A stretch of 64,000 bases of DNA from Eubacteriales bacterium (GCA_045657265.1 JAZOSU010000001.1:2653-66652), one strand, 5' to 3'. Shown: positions 1 through 10,918, numbered from the stretch's first letter. The notes: generated from the letters alone by a model not told the origin. A program made the numbers and translations.

Positions 1-533
1 TTATTGATTCTGTTATATGAAAACTCTCCGCACAATTCAACAGAACGGTGTTCCATCTTTCTTGTGAAATCAAAACAATACAGCGAGAACATCTCAACAT
101 CTGATGCAGGTACTCTGAAATTGCCTTTTGAATCATATGTATAAACGCCTTGCGAATTATTAAGTTTTATAGCCTGCCACAGACCAAATGAAATTATATA
201 CTCGTCATTGAGTTTAAGCGGATCGTCAAAATCAGGCATATCCTGTCTTATCAGATTCTGAATATAATCCTCGAAAAACTCAGGTGTGCCTTCTTTTGGA
301 GCATCTTCAGTCTGAGCTTCGTAAACAGAACCGCCATAAACAGAAGTTTCAAAAACTTCGCTTGAGTATATATTATTGGGTACAAATATTCTGTAAACTT
401 TAACAGCGGCAAAACCAATACAAAAGAAAACTGCACCTATAAAAGTAAGACCTACCATAAAGGTGAATATTCTATGTCCGTATTCTTTCAAAAACGCTGT
501 CATTTTTTCAAATAATTTATTCAAGATTCTCAT
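1..533 (-). CDS. hypothetical membrane-anchored protein (C-terminal part lies outside the window)
   Basis: Minus-strand frame is open from ATG 533 (alternative ATG 503) to base 1 with no stop, so it is absent from the ORF track. N-terminal hydrophobic helix FTFMVGLTFIGAVFFCIGFAAV. No family recognised. Confidence 0.4.
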   Translation of the reverse strand, partial: MRILNKLFEKMTAFLKEYGHRIFTFMVGLTFIGAVFFCIGFAAVKVYRIFVPNNIYSSEVFETSVYGGSVYEAQTEDAPKEGTPEFFEDYIQNLIRQDMPDFDDPLKLNDEYIISFGLWQAIKLNNSQGVYTYDSKGNFRVPASDVEMFSLYCFDFTRKMEHRSVELCGEFSYNRIN

Positions 534-617
534 CTCCTTAAGGTGACAATAATACTCTAAATACAATTTTAAAGCCTATATAGGAATAAGTCAAGTTACA
601 AAGTGTTTAAAAAAAGG

Positions 618-1571
618 TTACGAAAGCATAACTCCGAGAGCTACGCAAACCGGCATTGTAATAATTGAAAGAATTGTTGAAAAACCGCAAATCTGGGATG
701 CGAGTGCTGTATCTTTGTCAAATTTAGCGGCAAACATGGCAGTATTTGTCGCTGTCGGAGCACTGACAAAAACAGAGGCGACTATCAGGATATCCCCTTT
801 AACACCGCACAGACTGAAAAGAGCTATAAGAATCAAAGGAAGAACAAGCAGTTTGAGAAAAGCCACAAGATACATATTCTTTTCCTTGAACGCAGATTTT
901 ACATTGGCATTGGCAAGATAAGTACCCAGCATCATCATAGCCAAAGGCGTATTCATAGACCCTATGCTTGAAATAGGAGTTGTAATAACAGACGGAAGCT
1001 GAACATCAAGCAAAAACAACGGCATACCCACAAGCACTGACAAAGCACCGGGATTGATAATAATTTTTTTCAGGTCAAATTTATTGCCGTCGCCCGACAT
1101 AGTATAAACTCCGTGAGTAAAAGCAAAAATGTTAAAACAGGTAATAGCCGCCGAACAGTAAAACACACCCATGTCACCGCCGCCGCTTACCGCGTCAACC
1201 ACCGCTCTTGAAAGAGGCAGACCCATATATCCCATATTTGCATACATTGTTGCATACTTGAACACAGAAGTGCGTTTTTTATCACCTTTATTAAACAGAA
1301 ATCTCACCAATATCATTCCCACAACGTGCAAAGAAGCGGAACAGGCAAATGAAATAAAAAATCCATTTGCATTTTCAGGAGTATAGTCCACGTTGAGAAA
1401 TGAATTAACAATAACGCAAGGATTAATTACATAGAAAAGCAGGTTGTTACAAAGTTTTGCGGTCTTTTCGGTAAAAAATCCGCATTTATCCGCTGTGAAT
1501 CCCACCGCTATCATAACAGCAAGAGTCAAAACCTGCATAAAAACAGTATACATATTTGTTAAAAACGACAT
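618..1571 (-). CDS. AEC (auxin efflux carrier) family permease
   Basis: 317 aa polytopic membrane protein. Its N- and C-terminal halves resemble the AEC/malate-permease type (PF03547-like). Confidence 0.7.
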   Translation of the reverse strand: MSFLTNMYTVFMQVLTLAVMIAVGFTADKCGFFTEKTAKLCNNLLFYVINPCVIVNSFLNVDYTPENANGFFISFACSASLHVVGMILVRFLFNKGDKKRTSVFKYATMYANMGYMGLPLSRAVVDAVSGGGDMGVFYCSAAITCFNIFAFTHGVYTMSGDGNKFDLKKIIINPGALSVLVGMPLFLLDVQLPSVITTPISSIGSMNTPLAMMMLGTYLANANVKSAFKEKNMYLVAFLKLLVLPLILIALFSLCGVKGDILIVASVFVSAPTATNTAMFAAKFDKDTALASQICGFSTILSIITMPVCVALGVMLS

Positions 1572-1650
1572 ATTGGCAGATCTCCTGTGATTTTATTTGT
1601 CAAGTATATTACAAAGCTCAACTTATGTCAATAATATTGGTAAATTGTAC

Positions 1651-1679
1651 TTGAAATATAACCATATATATTTTATAAT
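1651..1679 (+). promoter_or_regulatory. sigma-A type promoter upstream of zapA
   Basis: TTGAAA (1651-1656), 17 nt spacer, TATAAT (1674-1679), 45 nt before the ATG at 1725. Confidence 0.45.
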
Positions 1680-1724
1680 ATATAAGGATTATTTTGCCCA
1701 TTAACGACTTGGGGAGGTATAAAA

Positions 1725-2051
1725 ATGAGTAAAAATAAAATAATTATATCCATCGCAGGCAGTGAACTTGTGGTAATGACAGAAGAATCAAGAGAATATA
1801 CCACAATGCTTGCAAATACAGTAGATAAAAAAATCAGAGAACTTCTTGCGTCAAGCAGTAAGGTCACAACTCCTATGGCTTGTATACTTACCTGTCTTGA
1901 CCTTTGCGACGAAAATGAAAAAGCCAAAGCCGCAGCAGCAAGAATGCGTGATGAAATCAAAAATTACTACGAACTCAACGCAGAGCTTGAAGATAAAGTG
2001 GCTTCTCTTGAACAAGAAGTAGCTATACTTCGCCGCAGAAACGGACAGTAA
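1725..2051 (+). CDS. zapA: cell division protein ZapA
   Basis: 108 aa with a ZapA-like N-terminal domain (IAGSELVVMTEESREYTTMLANTVDKKIREL) and a C-terminal coiled coil. GGAGG RBS. Confidence 0.7.
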   Translation: MSKNKIIISIAGSELVVMTEESREYTTMLANTVDKKIRELLASSSKVTTPMACILTCLDLCDENEKAKAAAARMRDEIKNYYELNAELEDKVASLEQEVAILRRRNGQ

Positions 2052-2052
2052 A

Positions 2053-2505
2053 ATGAGAATTAAAATCAAAAAAATACCGACTCCTTACGGAAAAACCGTA
2101 GATATGCCTAAATATCAGAGTGAGTTTTCAGCAGGTGCAGATCTTTGCGCCTGTATTGACGAGCCTATAACTATATCACCGCATCAGAGAGCGCTTATTC
2201 CCGCAGGCATTGCAATCGAAATGGAAAGAAGCGGATTTGGGGCTTTCATTTTTGCAAGAAGCGGACTTGCTTCAAAAAAAGGTATATGTCTTGCAAATAG
2301 CGTGGGAGTTGTTGACAGTGACTACAGAGGCGAAATCAAAATAGCTTTACTCAACACGTCGGAAGATGCGTATACAGTTGAGCCTTTTGAGAGAATCGCA
2401 CAGCTTGTTATAATGCCGGTTGAAATCGCCGAGTTTGAATGTGCAGACAGTCTTTCGGAAACTGCAAGAGCCGACGGCGGATTCGGGTCTACAGGTAAAA
2501 AGTAA
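2053..2505 (+). CDS. dut: dUTP diphosphatase
   Basis: dUTPase motifs SAGADL, ARSG, GVVDSDYRGE, RIAQLV and C-terminal GGFGSTG. Confidence 0.9.
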   Translation: MRIKIKKIPTPYGKTVDMPKYQSEFSAGADLCACIDEPITISPHQRALIPAGIAIEMERSGFGAFIFARSGLASKKGICLANSVGVVDSDYRGEIKIALLNTSEDAYTVEPFERIAQLVIMPVEIAEFECADSLSETARADGGFGSTGKK

Positions 2506-2506
2506 T

Positions 2507-3061
2507 ATGAAAATACTATTGGCATCAGGTTCTCCCAGAAGACAGTCTTTACTTAAAAATTACGGATTTGAAGTATCTGTTATAAAACCTGATTTTGACG
2601 AAAGTCAAATAAACGAAGCTGACCCTGCAAAGCTTGTTATGGCTTTGGCATCAGGTAAAATGAGCAGTATAGAAACAAATAGCTCTCTTACTTTGTCTGC
2701 AGATACAGTGGTTGCAATTGACGGTCAGGTACTGGGTAAACCCGAAAACTATGACAGCGCCTATGAAATGTTATCTACCCTTTCGGGAAATACCCACAGT
2801 GTTTATACAGGAGTCTGCATTTCATATAAAGGACAAAATCACGTTTTTTGTGAAGAGAGCAAAGTCACCTTTTACAAGCTCAGCGATTATCAGATACAGG
2901 AATATATAAAAACTGGATCGCCGTTTGACAAAGCAGGGAGTTACGGCATTCAGGATGATATGGGAATATTCTTCGTCAGATCTGTCGAAGGTGAAATAAG
3001 TAACGTGATAGGTCTGCCCATGGGCAGAGTTATCGCTGAAATCGAGAGGATAATTAAATGA
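2507..3061 (+). CDS. maf: Maf-like nucleoside triphosphate pyrophosphatase (septum formation protein)
   Basis: [16 protein letters not shown] start and the C-terminal GSYGIQD motif. The ORF-track start at 2420 overlaps dut, so ATG 2507 is preferred. Confidence 0.9.
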   Translation: MKILLASGSPRRQSLLKNYGFEVSVIKPDFDESQINEADPAKLVMALASGKMSSIETNSSLTLSADTVVAIDGQVLGKPENYDSAYEMLSTLSGNTHSVYTGVCISYKGQNHVFCEESKVTFYKLSDYQIQEYIKTGSPFDKAGSYGIQDDMGIFFVRSVEGEISNVIGLPMGRVIAEIERIIK

Positions 3062-4092
3062 AATTAAACACCAAAAAAATAAAAAAGTTTTTTAAAATCA
3101 TAGGTTATAACGATATCGGTATCGACCTTGGTACTGCAAACACTATCGTTTACAAAACAGGCAAAGGAATAGTTCTACGCGAGCCTTCCGTTGTAGCTAT
3201 TGATACTGACCTCAAACGCCCCGTAGCAGTAGGCGCAGAGGCTAAAGAAATGATAGGCAGAACACCTCGCAGTATAGAAGCTATCCGTCCTTTGAAAGAA
3301 GGCGTTGTGGCCGACTATGAATCAACAGCAGTTATGCTTAAATACTTTATAAAGAAAGTAATGGGTAAAGCTCTGTTTACTAAAAACAGAATTCTTATCT
3401 GTATTCCTTACGGAGTTACCGATGTTGAACGCCGTGCAGTTGAAGAAGCCGCTTCTTACACAGGAGCACGTGACGTAAGAATAATTGAAGAACCCCTTGC
3501 GGCAGCTATAGGCGCAGGTCTACCGGTAAGTGAACCTACCGGTAGTATGATAGTTGATATCGGCGGCGGCACAAGTGAAGTTGCCGTAATTTCTCTTGGC
3601 GGTATCGTTGCAAGTCAGTCTGTACGCGTTGCAGGTGATGCTATTGATGCAGCCATTATTGAGCATATCAGAAAAACGTTTTCTCTTTATATCGGTGATA
3701 GAACCGCCGAAGAAATCAAACTTGAAATAGGCAATGCTTACGGTTACAAAGGCTCAATGGAAATACGCGGCAGAGACATGATTACAGGTCTTCCCAAAAA
3801 CATCACCATAACTGCTGAAGATATCTGCAAAGCAATAGAAGAACCCGTTTCGGTAATAATAGATTCTATCAAACAGACTCTCGAACAGACTCCCCCTGAA
3901 CTCTCAGCTGATATTATAGACCACGGAATAACTCTTTCAGGCGGCGGCGCTCTTCTTCGCGGTCTTGATCAACTTATATCAAAAGAAACCGGCATACCTG
4001 TTCATATAGCAGACAAACCTCTCGAATGTGTTGCTCTGGGTACAGGTAAATCACTTGAAAGTCCTGAACTCTGGAATACAATTTCAAGATGA
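3058..4092 (+). CDS. mreB: rod shape-determining protein MreB
   Basis: Actin-fold motifs [10 protein letters not shown] and [11 protein letters not shown]; 344 aa; followed by mreC and mreD. Confidence 0.95.
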   Translation: MKLNTKKIKKFFKIIGYNDIGIDLGTANTIVYKTGKGIVLREPSVVAIDTDLKRPVAVGAEAKEMIGRTPRSIEAIRPLKEGVVADYESTAVMLKYFIKKVMGKALFTKNRILICIPYGVTDVERRAVEEAASYTGARDVRIIEEPLAAAIGAGLPVSEPTGSMIVDIGGGTSEVAVISLGGIVASQSVRVAGDAIDAAIIEHIRKTFSLYIGDRTAEEIKLEIGNAYGYKGSMEIRGRDMITGLPKNITITAEDICKAIEEPVSVIIDSIKQTLEQTPPELSADIIDHGITLSGGGALLRGLDQLISKETGIPVHIADKPLECVALGTGKSLESPELWNTISR

Positions 4093-4952
4093 GAGATATT
4101 TTTACTTCAAAAACTTTTATAGCGATGTGCATAATTGCCGTCTTGCTTATAGGAATGATGGTAGTGAGCGCAGTAGACAGAGGCAAAGTGACAGTTTTCG
4201 AGGATTTTGTAGGTATGTTTATCACACCTTTGCAGAATTTTTGCACAACCGTTTCTTCCGAGTCGGGTGATTTTATTAAAATTTTCACTCAGCACGATAA
4301 ACTTACGGAAGAAAACGACAAACTGAAAAATGAACTTGCCTCAGTTAGTCGCGCCCTCAGGGATGCTCAGGAATACAAGCTTGAAAATGACAGTCTCAAA
4401 CAGATGCTTGATATCAAACAGGCTCGTCAGGATTTCGTTTTTGAATCTGCTCTTATTGTTGCAAACGAGCACACAGGATATTCTCATACTCTGACTCTCA
4501 ATAAAGGCAGTCTGAGTAACATCAAAAAGCGTGACGTTGTTATTACCGCTGATGGACTTGTAGGTTACGTCAGCGAGCTTGGCACTACCTGGTGCAAAAT
4601 CACAACCGTGCTTGATTCTTCCTGTGAAATAGGCGCACTTATACCAAGAACTCAGGATATAGGCGTTCTTGAAGGTGATTATGCTCTTTCAACAAACGGA
4701 AACTGCAAAGTTTCATATCTTGGAAACGACGTTTCTCTCAATGCAGGTGACAGCGTTGTAACATCAGGCATTGGCGGTGTGTTTCCGTCAAGAATTATGA
4801 TAGGTAATATAGTAGAAATCAAACCCGAAAGTCACGGAATATCGCAGTATGCGGTTTTAGAACCTGCTGTTGATTTTAGCAAACTCAAAAACGTTTTTGT
4901 AATAACCGATTTTACAGAAAACACAGAGTCTGAAACTACTGAGGATAATTAA
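4089..4952 (+). CDS. mreC: rod shape-determining protein MreC
   Basis: N-terminal TM helix, coiled coil, and beta-rich C-terminal domain ([21 protein letters not shown]). Located after mreB with a 4 nt overlap. Confidence 0.85.
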   Translation: MRDIFTSKTFIAMCIIAVLLIGMMVVSAVDRGKVTVFEDFVGMFITPLQNFCTTVSSESGDFIKIFTQHDKLTEENDKLKNELASVSRALRDAQEYKLENDSLKQMLDIKQARQDFVFESALIVANEHTGYSHTLTLNKGSLSNIKKRDVVITADGLVGYVSELGTTWCKITTVLDSSCEIGALIPRTQDIGVLEGDYALSTNGNCKVSYLGNDVSLNAGDSVVTSGIGGVFPSRIMIGNIVEIKPESHGISQYAVLEPAVDFSKLKNVFVITDFTENTESETTEDN

Positions 4953-5479
4953 TGTTTTCAAAACAGTATACACCAATTAAAATAACAGTCTACGGAGCGT
5001 TTTTAGTGGTATGTTATCTGCTTCAAAGCGTACCCGCTCTGGGCTTTCAATTTATGAGCACATCACCTGAACTTCTTCTTGTGCTCTGTATTTGTGTTGC
5101 CTATAACGAAAGTGAGACTTTTTCTGCATTTTTCGGTCTTGCCGCAGGACTGCTTAACGATATAATAACCGACAACATTGTAGGTAAAAGCGCCGTTTTG
5201 TTTATGTTTGCCGCATTTATAATATCTATACTTCTCAAAACTCTTCTGCGCACTTTTTTTCTGACATACATATTTACAGTACTGGTTACAGTGATTAGCT
5301 TTTTAATTATCGAATACGTATTTACTTGTATGTTTTTTGAGCCTATTCCCTTTGGTCTGGCTCTTTTGAAAATAATACTTCCAAAATTCTTTTTCACGGG
5401 AGTTATAGCTTATCCGCTTTATTTCGGAGTGAAATTCTTCAAAGAAAAGCTTTGGTCGGGAGGTGAACAAAGCTTATGA
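4952..5479 (+). CDS. mreD: rod shape-determining protein MreD
   Basis: 175 aa polytopic membrane protein lying between mreC and PBP2. Confidence 0.7.
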   Translation: MFSKQYTPIKITVYGAFLVVCYLLQSVPALGFQFMSTSPELLLVLCICVAYNESETFSAFFGLAAGLLNDIITDNIVGKSAVLFMFAAFIISILLKTLLRTFFLTYIFTVLVTVISFLIIEYVFTCMFFEPIPFGLALLKIILPKFFFTGVIAYPLYFGVKFFKEKLWSGGEQSL

Positions 5480-7530
5480 ATATGAAAAACGGGATCGTAA
5501 GATACGCAGTGCTGATAATCGTAACTGCGTTTATTTTTGTGTCATATGCATTCGTACTTTTTAAAATGCAGATAATTGACGGTGACTACTACAAAGAGCA
5601 GTCACAAAAACGAATTTATTCTACTGAAAGCATTACTGCTTCAAGAGGCAACATATACGATAGAAACGGTCAGCTTCTTGTCACCAACGAAACTGTTTAT
5701 ACCATTAAATTTTCAAGAACGCTTCTGCCTGCCGATCGTCAGAACGAAATAATTCTTAATCTTTGCAAACTTATGGAGAGCAAAAACGAAGAATACTACG
5801 ATTCTCTGCCCATAACCAAAACCCGTCCATTTGCTTTTACCGAACAAGAGAATTCAGAAAAACAAATAGCAAGTCTCAAAGAACAACTGAAATTAGAGTC
5901 TGATGCCACCGTCAAAGAAATTATGTCGGCTCTTTACAAAAAATATAAGGTTGATGAAGGTCTTTCAACTGACGAAAAACGTACTGTAATCGGCGTTCGC
6001 TACGAAATGGAACGCAGTTCTTTTTCGGCATCAAACCCTTTTGTTTTCGCAAGTGATATATCAATAAGTACAGTAACTACCATTGAAGAACTCAACGAAG
6101 AGTTTCCGGGAGTTGATATTGATACCGAAAGTAAAAGAGTATATACAACTCCCTACCTTGCATCACATCTTTTGGGTAAAATAGGGAAGATATACGCAGA
6201 AGAATACAAAGACCTTGCCGAAAAAGGCTATAAAATGAACGATTATGTAGGTAAAGACGGAATTGAAAAAGCAATGGAAGATTACCTGAAAGGCTCTGAC
6301 GGAACCAAGGTAATTGAGCGTGACTCTGCAGGAAAAGTTTTAGGAGTTACCACCGTAGAAGAACCCGTATCGGGAAACAGTATTGTTCTTACAATTGATA
6401 AAGACCTTCAGCAAGTCGCACAGACTTCACTGGAGGATACCATAAAAAACATTGCCGCAGGCGGAAGAAACAAGGCAAATGGAGAGGGTGCAGATGCCTG
6501 TGCAGGCGCGGCTGTCGTACTGGATGTGGACAGCGGAGAAATTCTCGCATCGGTTTCGGCACCGAACTATGACCTGACAACCTATTCGCAGGTATATAAC
6601 GTACTTGCCAAAGACAAGCTCTTGCCCCTTTTTAACCGTGCGTTTTCGGGTACCTATGCTCCCGGTTCTACCTTTAAAATGGCAACGGGAATAACAGGAC
6701 TTGAAGAAGGATTTATAACACCGTCAACAACAATAGTTGACAAAGGTGTTTACACCAAATACAGCGACTACAAACCGCAGTGCTGGGTTTATGATGATTA
6801 CGGAACAACTCACGGCGCTATAAACGTATCCAAAGCCCTTGAAAAATCCTGTAACTATTTCTTTTATGAAATATCCGATAATATGGGAATTGACGTGCTC
6901 AATGCCTACTGTAAAAAATTAGGTCTCGGTGAAAAAACGGGTGTTGAGATACCCGAATCGTCAGGTGTACTTGCATCTCCTGAATACAAGCTTAAAGCAA
7001 CCGAGTATTCCTGGTTTCCAGGCGATACTCTACAAGCTTCTATCGGACAGTCTTACAATCTTTTTACACCGCTTCAACTCGCAAATTACGTTGCTACAAT
7101 AGTAAACGGAGGTACACGTTACAAAACGCATCTTGTAAAATCAATAAATGATTCTGCAACAGGTGACAACGTAAAAGAAACCACTCCTGAGGTTGTAGAA
7201 ACATTGGAAATGAAAGATGAAAATTACCACGCTGTAATGTACGGAATGAAACTTGCCGCTCAGAGCGGTACTGCATCTAATCTTTTTTCAAATTACAAAG
7301 TCGGCGTTGGCGCAAAAACAGGAACTGCATCTGTTCCAAGCGGTACCGCCAATGGTATTTTCGTTGCTTTTGCTCCATACGAAGACCCCGAAATTGCAAT
7401 CTGCGTTGTAGTTGAACACGGCGCTCACGGAAACTACGTTGGCACTGTAGCCAAAGCTGTGTTTGATGAATATTTCAAAGATAAAACATCAAATTTAATT
7501 GTTTCAAAGGAGGAACAGCTCATCGGCTGA
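5476..7530 (+). CDS. mrdA: penicillin-binding protein 2 (class B transpeptidase)
   Basis: N-terminal TM anchor. Transpeptidase motifs STFK, SCN (SxN) and KTGT. Confidence 0.9.
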   Translation: MNMKNGIVRYAVLIIVTAFIFVSYAFVLFKMQIIDGDYYKEQSQKRIYSTESITASRGNIYDRNGQLLVTNETVYTIKFSRTLLPADRQNEIILNLCKLMESKNEEYYDSLPITKTRPFAFTEQENSEKQIASLKEQLKLESDATVKEIMSALYKKYKVDEGLSTDEKRTVIGVRYEMERSSFSASNPFVFASDISISTVTTIEELNEEFPGVDIDTESKRVYTTPYLASHLLGKIGKIYAEEYKDLAEKGYKMNDYVGKDGIEKAMEDYLKGSDGTKVIERDSAGKVLGVTTVEEPVSGNSIVLTIDKDLQQVAQTSLEDTIKNIAAGGRNKANGEGADACAGAAVVLDVDSGEILASVSAPNYDLTTYSQVYNVLAKDKLLPLFNRAFSGTYAPGSTFKMATGITGLEEGFITPSTTIVDKGVYTKYSDYKPQCWVYDDYGTTHGAINVSKALEKSCNYFFYEISDNMGIDVLNAYCKKLGLGEKTGVEIPESSGVLASPEYKLKATEYSWFPGDTLQASIGQSYNLFTPLQLANYVATIVNGGTRYKTHLVKSINDSATGDNVKETTPEVVETLEMKDENYHAVMYGMKLAAQSGTASNLFSNYKVGVGAKTGTASVPSGTANGIFVAFAPYEDPEIAICVVVEHGAHGNYVGTVAKAVFDEYFKDKTSNLIVSKEEQLIG

Positions 7531-7557
7531 TATAAAATGTGCTTTTACCTGTTTTGA

Positions 7558-8177
7558 TTATTACAATGCTCACTTTCTGCAGGTTTAAATGCAGCGCTTA
7601 TGCTTGGCGAGATTGTTCTTCTTATGCTTCACGAATGTATTTTTCTCGGAGAAAGCATTAAAATTTATCAGTTTATAGCTATATTTTTCGTTTTAGTGGC
7701 AATGCTTCTTATGAACATAGAAAGTATAAGTCTTGGCGGTACAAAACTGTCTTACTACATATTCTGTGTTTTACTGTTTCTCACAAACGGTCTGTACGGT
7801 GTATTTCTTAACGTTCAGTCAGAATACAAATCATCGGAAAGTAAAGAAATGCTTATTATTGCATATTGTTCTTTAGGTATCGTAGCCTTTACCCAACTCG
7901 CTCTTAAACAGAAAAAAGATACTTTCAAAGCATTTAAAATGAGTAAAAAGTCTGGCTGTTTATTGCTATTGCAATAATATCAGCAGGACTCGGAGCAAAC
8001 CTCATAATGTTTATCATTCCTTACATAAGCTCTTCTGTACTCTTTTCAATACAGACAGGTGGAATACTTGTTCTGTCAACTATCTATTCCGTATTGATTT
8101 TTAAAGAAAATTTATCCACACTTAAAGTCGCAGGATTAATACTTGCTATTGTTTGTATGGTTATACTGTGTATATAA
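7558..8177 (+). pseudogene. DMT/EamA-like transporter remnant, N-terminally truncated and frameshifted
   Basis: The frame opens only after TGA 7555-7557 and reads like the end of an EamA domain (IFLGESIKIYQFIAIFFVLVAMLLMN). It stops at 7975-7977. The downstream frame (VWLFIAIAIISAGLGANLIMF...LILAIVCMVILCI, stop 8175-8177) would join if the A5 run at 7945-7949 were A6. Confidence 0.6.
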
Positions 8178-8214
8178 AAAAAGCTTTGGAAACAAACGTT
8201 TCCAAAGCTTTTTA
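8176..8214. terminator. bidirectional intrinsic terminator
   Basis: Perfect 13 bp stem AAGCTTTGGAAAC/GTTTCCAAAGCTT (8181-8193/8198-8210), flanked by an A-run and a T-run. Confidence 0.6.
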
Positions 8215-9117
8215 TTATTCTACAAGATATGACATATGAAATTCTGAGAATATAGTTGAGGCTTCTGCTCTTGTTGCCGTATCAAGAGGAGCAAATCCCG
8301 TGTCTTTACCTACTATAACACCTGCCATCTGACATGCATATACAGACTCTTTTGCCCAATCGTGTATTTTAGCATCATCGGGAAATACTTTTTCATCTAC
8401 GATTTTTTTAAGTTCCATATTTTTGTAGTTTGCAAAATTAACAATCATAACACACATCTGTTCACGTGTAATAACTGCCGTGGGAGCAAAGGTAGTATCA
8501 CTTGTACCGTCTACGATACCGTTTTTAGCTGCCCACTCAACCGCCGGAGCGTACCACATTTTAACGTCAACATCAGAGAACTTTGATTTTTCTACAGGTG
8601 TGTCTGTATCTACTCCGCAGATATTTGCAAACACCTGCACAAACTCTGCTCTTGTAATTGTTTTCAAAGGTTCAAAGGTTTTTTCACCCGTGCCTTTGAA
8701 AAGTCCGCTTGTTACAGCGTAATCAACATAACCTTTATACCAAGATTTCTCAGGCACGTCATTAAACTCGGGTTCCTGCGGTGTCTGCTCGTCTTCTTCG
8801 TTATCATCTTCAGGCTTCTGAGTGTCTTCAGGCTTCTGAGTACCTTCGGGTTTCTCAGTGTCTTCAGGTTTCTGAGTATCCTCAGGCTTCTGAGTATCCT
8901 CAGGTTTCTGAGTACCTTCGGGTTTCTCAGTGTCTTCAGGTTTCTGAGTATCTTCGGGTTTCTGAGTATCTTCAGGTTTCTGAGTCTCTTCTTCGGTATG
9001 AGTCGGCATATCAGGAAGCTTTATTCCGTCATCATTTTTTGTAGCCATTACAGGCACCACAGATATCATCTGAAGTACAAGTATCAGACATAATAATATT
9101 GAAAATATTCTTTTCAT
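8215..9117 (-). CDS. secreted SLH-domain protein with acidic KPEDTQ repeat linker
   Basis: Signal peptide MKRIFSILLCLILVLQMISVVPVMA, then hexapeptide repeats, then three SLH modules (FNDVPEKSWYKGYVDYAV..., FSDVDVKMWYAPAVEWAA..., FPDDAKIHDWAKESVYAC...). Confidence 0.85.
   Translation of the reverse strand: MKRIFSILLCLILVLQMISVVPVMATKNDDGIKLPDMPTHTEEETQKPEDTQKPEDTQKPEDTEKPEGTQKPEDTQKPEDTQKPEDTEKPEGTQKPEDTQKPEDDNEEDEQTPQEPEFNDVPEKSWYKGYVDYAVTSGLFKGTGEKTFEPLKTITRAEFVQVFANICGVDTDTPVEKSKFSDVDVKMWYAPAVEWAAKNGIVDGTSDTTFAPTAVITREQMCVMIVNFANYKNMELKKIVDEKVFPDDAKIHDWAKESVYACQMAGVIVGKDTGFAPLDTATRAEASTIFSEFHMSYLVE
8806..8985 (-). repeat. in-frame 18 nt tandem repeat (about 10 units, KPEDTQ/KPEGTQ/KPEDTE) with a 72 nt higher-order period
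   Basis: Direct reading of TTCTGAGT(A/G)TCTTCAGG(C/T)-type units. The protein reads TQKPEDTQKPEDTQKPEDTEKPEG twice, plus extra units. Confidence 0.9.
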
Positions 9118-9180
9118 ATTTATTCTCCTTTTCTTTTTTATGAATCAAGTATAACACACAAAATCGTTTATTACAACAAC

Positions 9181-9222
9181 AAAAAATTACCTTGAGCGTT
9201 AAAATCGCCCAAGGTAAATTTT
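9181..9222 (-). terminator. intrinsic terminator after rny
   Basis: The minus strand reads TTACCTTGGGCG-loop-CGCTCAAGGTAA followed by TTTTTT. Confidence 0.5.
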
Positions 9223-10773
9223 TTATTTTGCATAATTGATAGCTCTGTTTTCTCTGATAAGATGTACTTTGATCTGACCTGGATATTCAAGCTGATCTTC
9301 AATCTTTTTACAAATATCGTGCGAAAGAAGTACAAGCTGATCGTCAGATACGTCTTCGGGATTAACCATAATACGTATTTCACGTCCTGCCTGAATTGCA
9401 AATGTTTTTTCAACACCGTCAAAAGAATTTGCAATTTCTTCAAGTTTTTCAAGACGTTTGATATAGTTTTCAAGGTTTTCACGACGTGCGCCGGGACGAG
9501 CCGCTGAAATAGCGTCTGCCGCCTGTACAAGAGCCGCAATGTTTGTTTTTGTTTCAACTTCACCGTGATGCGCTTCAATTGCGTGAATAACACCGAATGC
9601 TTCTTTGTATTTTTTAGCAAGGTCAACACCTATCTGGATATGTGAGCCTTCCATTTCAAAGTCAACACTCTTACCGAGGTCATGAAGAAGACCTGCTCTT
9701 TTTGCAAGTTGAACGTCTTCGCCCATTTCTGCAGCCATTACACCGCAAAGCTGAGCAACTTCGATAGAATGATTAAGCACGTTCTGTCCGTAGCTTGTTC
9801 TGTATTTAAGTCTTCCGAGAAGTTTGATAACTTCAGGATGAAGTCCGTGAACTCCTGTTTCAAATACAGCTTTTTCGCCTTCTTTTTTGATTGTAACGTC
9901 AAGATCACGTTTGACTTTTTCAACTGTCTCTTCGATTCTTGCAGGATGTATACGTCCGTCAGAAATGAGTTTTTCAAGAGTAAGTCTTGCAACTTCACGA
10001 CGGATAGGATCAAAGCTTGAAAGAGTAATCGCTTCGGGAGTATCGTCAATAATAAGGTCAACCCCCGTGATAGTCTCAAGAGAACGGATGTTTCTTCCCT
10101 CACGGCCGATGATTCTTCCTTTCATTTCGTCATTAGGAAGAGATACTACCGATACTGTAGACTCAACAACGTGGTCTGCAGCGCATTTCTGAATTGCAAG
10201 TGACAAAAGATTTCTTGCTTTTTCATCAGCATTTTCTTTATATCTGTCTTCATACTCAGAAATTTTAACTGCATAATCATGCTGTAAACGCTGTTCTATA
10301 ATGTTCATAAGTTCAGCTTTGGCAGCCTCTGCCGTATATCCTGAAATTCTTTCAAGAACAGCAATCTGCGTACGTTTTGTGTCTTCAATTTCTTTTTGAA
10401 GATCTTCAGCGTTTTTGAGTTTCTCGTTTAAAATTTCTTCTTTTTTGTCAAGATTGTCGTGTTTTTTATCAAGACTCTCTTCTCTTTGTAAAAGTCGCTT
10501 TTCCTGTCTGGTTACCTCGACTCTGCGCTCCTTGAGTTCCTGTTCCTGTTCAGTTCTTTCTTTATGTAACTGTTCACGAGCCTCAAGAAGTGCCTCTTTT
10601 TTCTTAGTGTCGGCTGTTTTTATCGCTTCATTGATTATTCTGGTTGCTTCTGCATTGGCAGAACCAATCTGTTTTTCCGATACCGATTTCCTGTAAAAGA
10701 AACCACCTATAAAAGCAATAAATCCGGTAACAAGGGCAGCGACAACAGGGATTATAATATCCACTTGTGCCAT
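9223..10773 (-). CDS. rny: ribonuclease Y
   Basis: 516 aa with an N-terminal TM helix, long coiled coil, KH domain ([12 protein letters not shown]) and HD domain (LLHDLGK). Confidence 0.95.
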   Translation of the reverse strand: MAQVDIIIPVVAALVTGFIAFIGGFFYRKSVSEKQIGSANAEATRIINEAIKTADTKKKEALLEAREQLHKERTEQEQELKERRVEVTRQEKRLLQREESLDKKHDNLDKKEEILNEKLKNAEDLQKEIEDTKRTQIAVLERISGYTAEAAKAELMNIIEQRLQHDYAVKISEYEDRYKENADEKARNLLSLAIQKCAADHVVESTVSVVSLPNDEMKGRIIGREGRNIRSLETITGVDLIIDDTPEAITLSSFDPIRREVARLTLEKLISDGRIHPARIEETVEKVKRDLDVTIKKEGEKAVFETGVHGLHPEVIKLLGRLKYRTSYGQNVLNHSIEVAQLCGVMAAEMGEDVQLAKRAGLLHDLGKSVDFEMEGSHIQIGVDLAKKYKEAFGVIHAIEAHHGEVETKTNIAALVQAADAISAARPGARRENLENYIKRLEKLEEIANSFDGVEKTFAIQAGREIRIMVNPEDVSDDQLVLLSHDICKKIEDQLEYPGQIKVHLIRENRAINYAK

Positions 10774-10918
10774 CCTCCTTTGGATTTAAAATTTTTCACC
10801 TAATAAATTATACAACTAAACGCAAATGGTGTCAAGGGCAACCTTAATAAAATTAATAGTAGTAAAATCAGAAAAACTGTGTTATAATATATCAATACGA
10901 GTTATTGGGAGGATTTTA

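Noticed and set aside
8112-8120. Perfect DnaA box TTATCCACA here, and its complement TGTGGATAA at 17198-17206, near an origin-type gene block
   Set aside because: These are single isolated boxes inside coding or pseudogene sequence and 9 kb apart. There is no cluster, no adjacent AT-rich unwinding element and no dnaA gene. This is not evidence for oriC.
8806-8985. Regularly spaced short repeats that could be mistaken for a CRISPR-like array
   Set aside because: The units are contiguous 18-mers without spacers and lie in frame inside a well-supported SLH protein gene, where they encode KPEDTQ repeats.
10826-10918. Upstream extensions of several track ORFs (uppP 10826, maf 2420, jag 37462, atpC 49160, GntR 30446, 4HB 41911)
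   Set aside because: Each extension overlaps the preceding gene or lacks an RBS. An internal ATG with a good Shine-Dalgarno sequence begins exactly where family-typical sequence starts.
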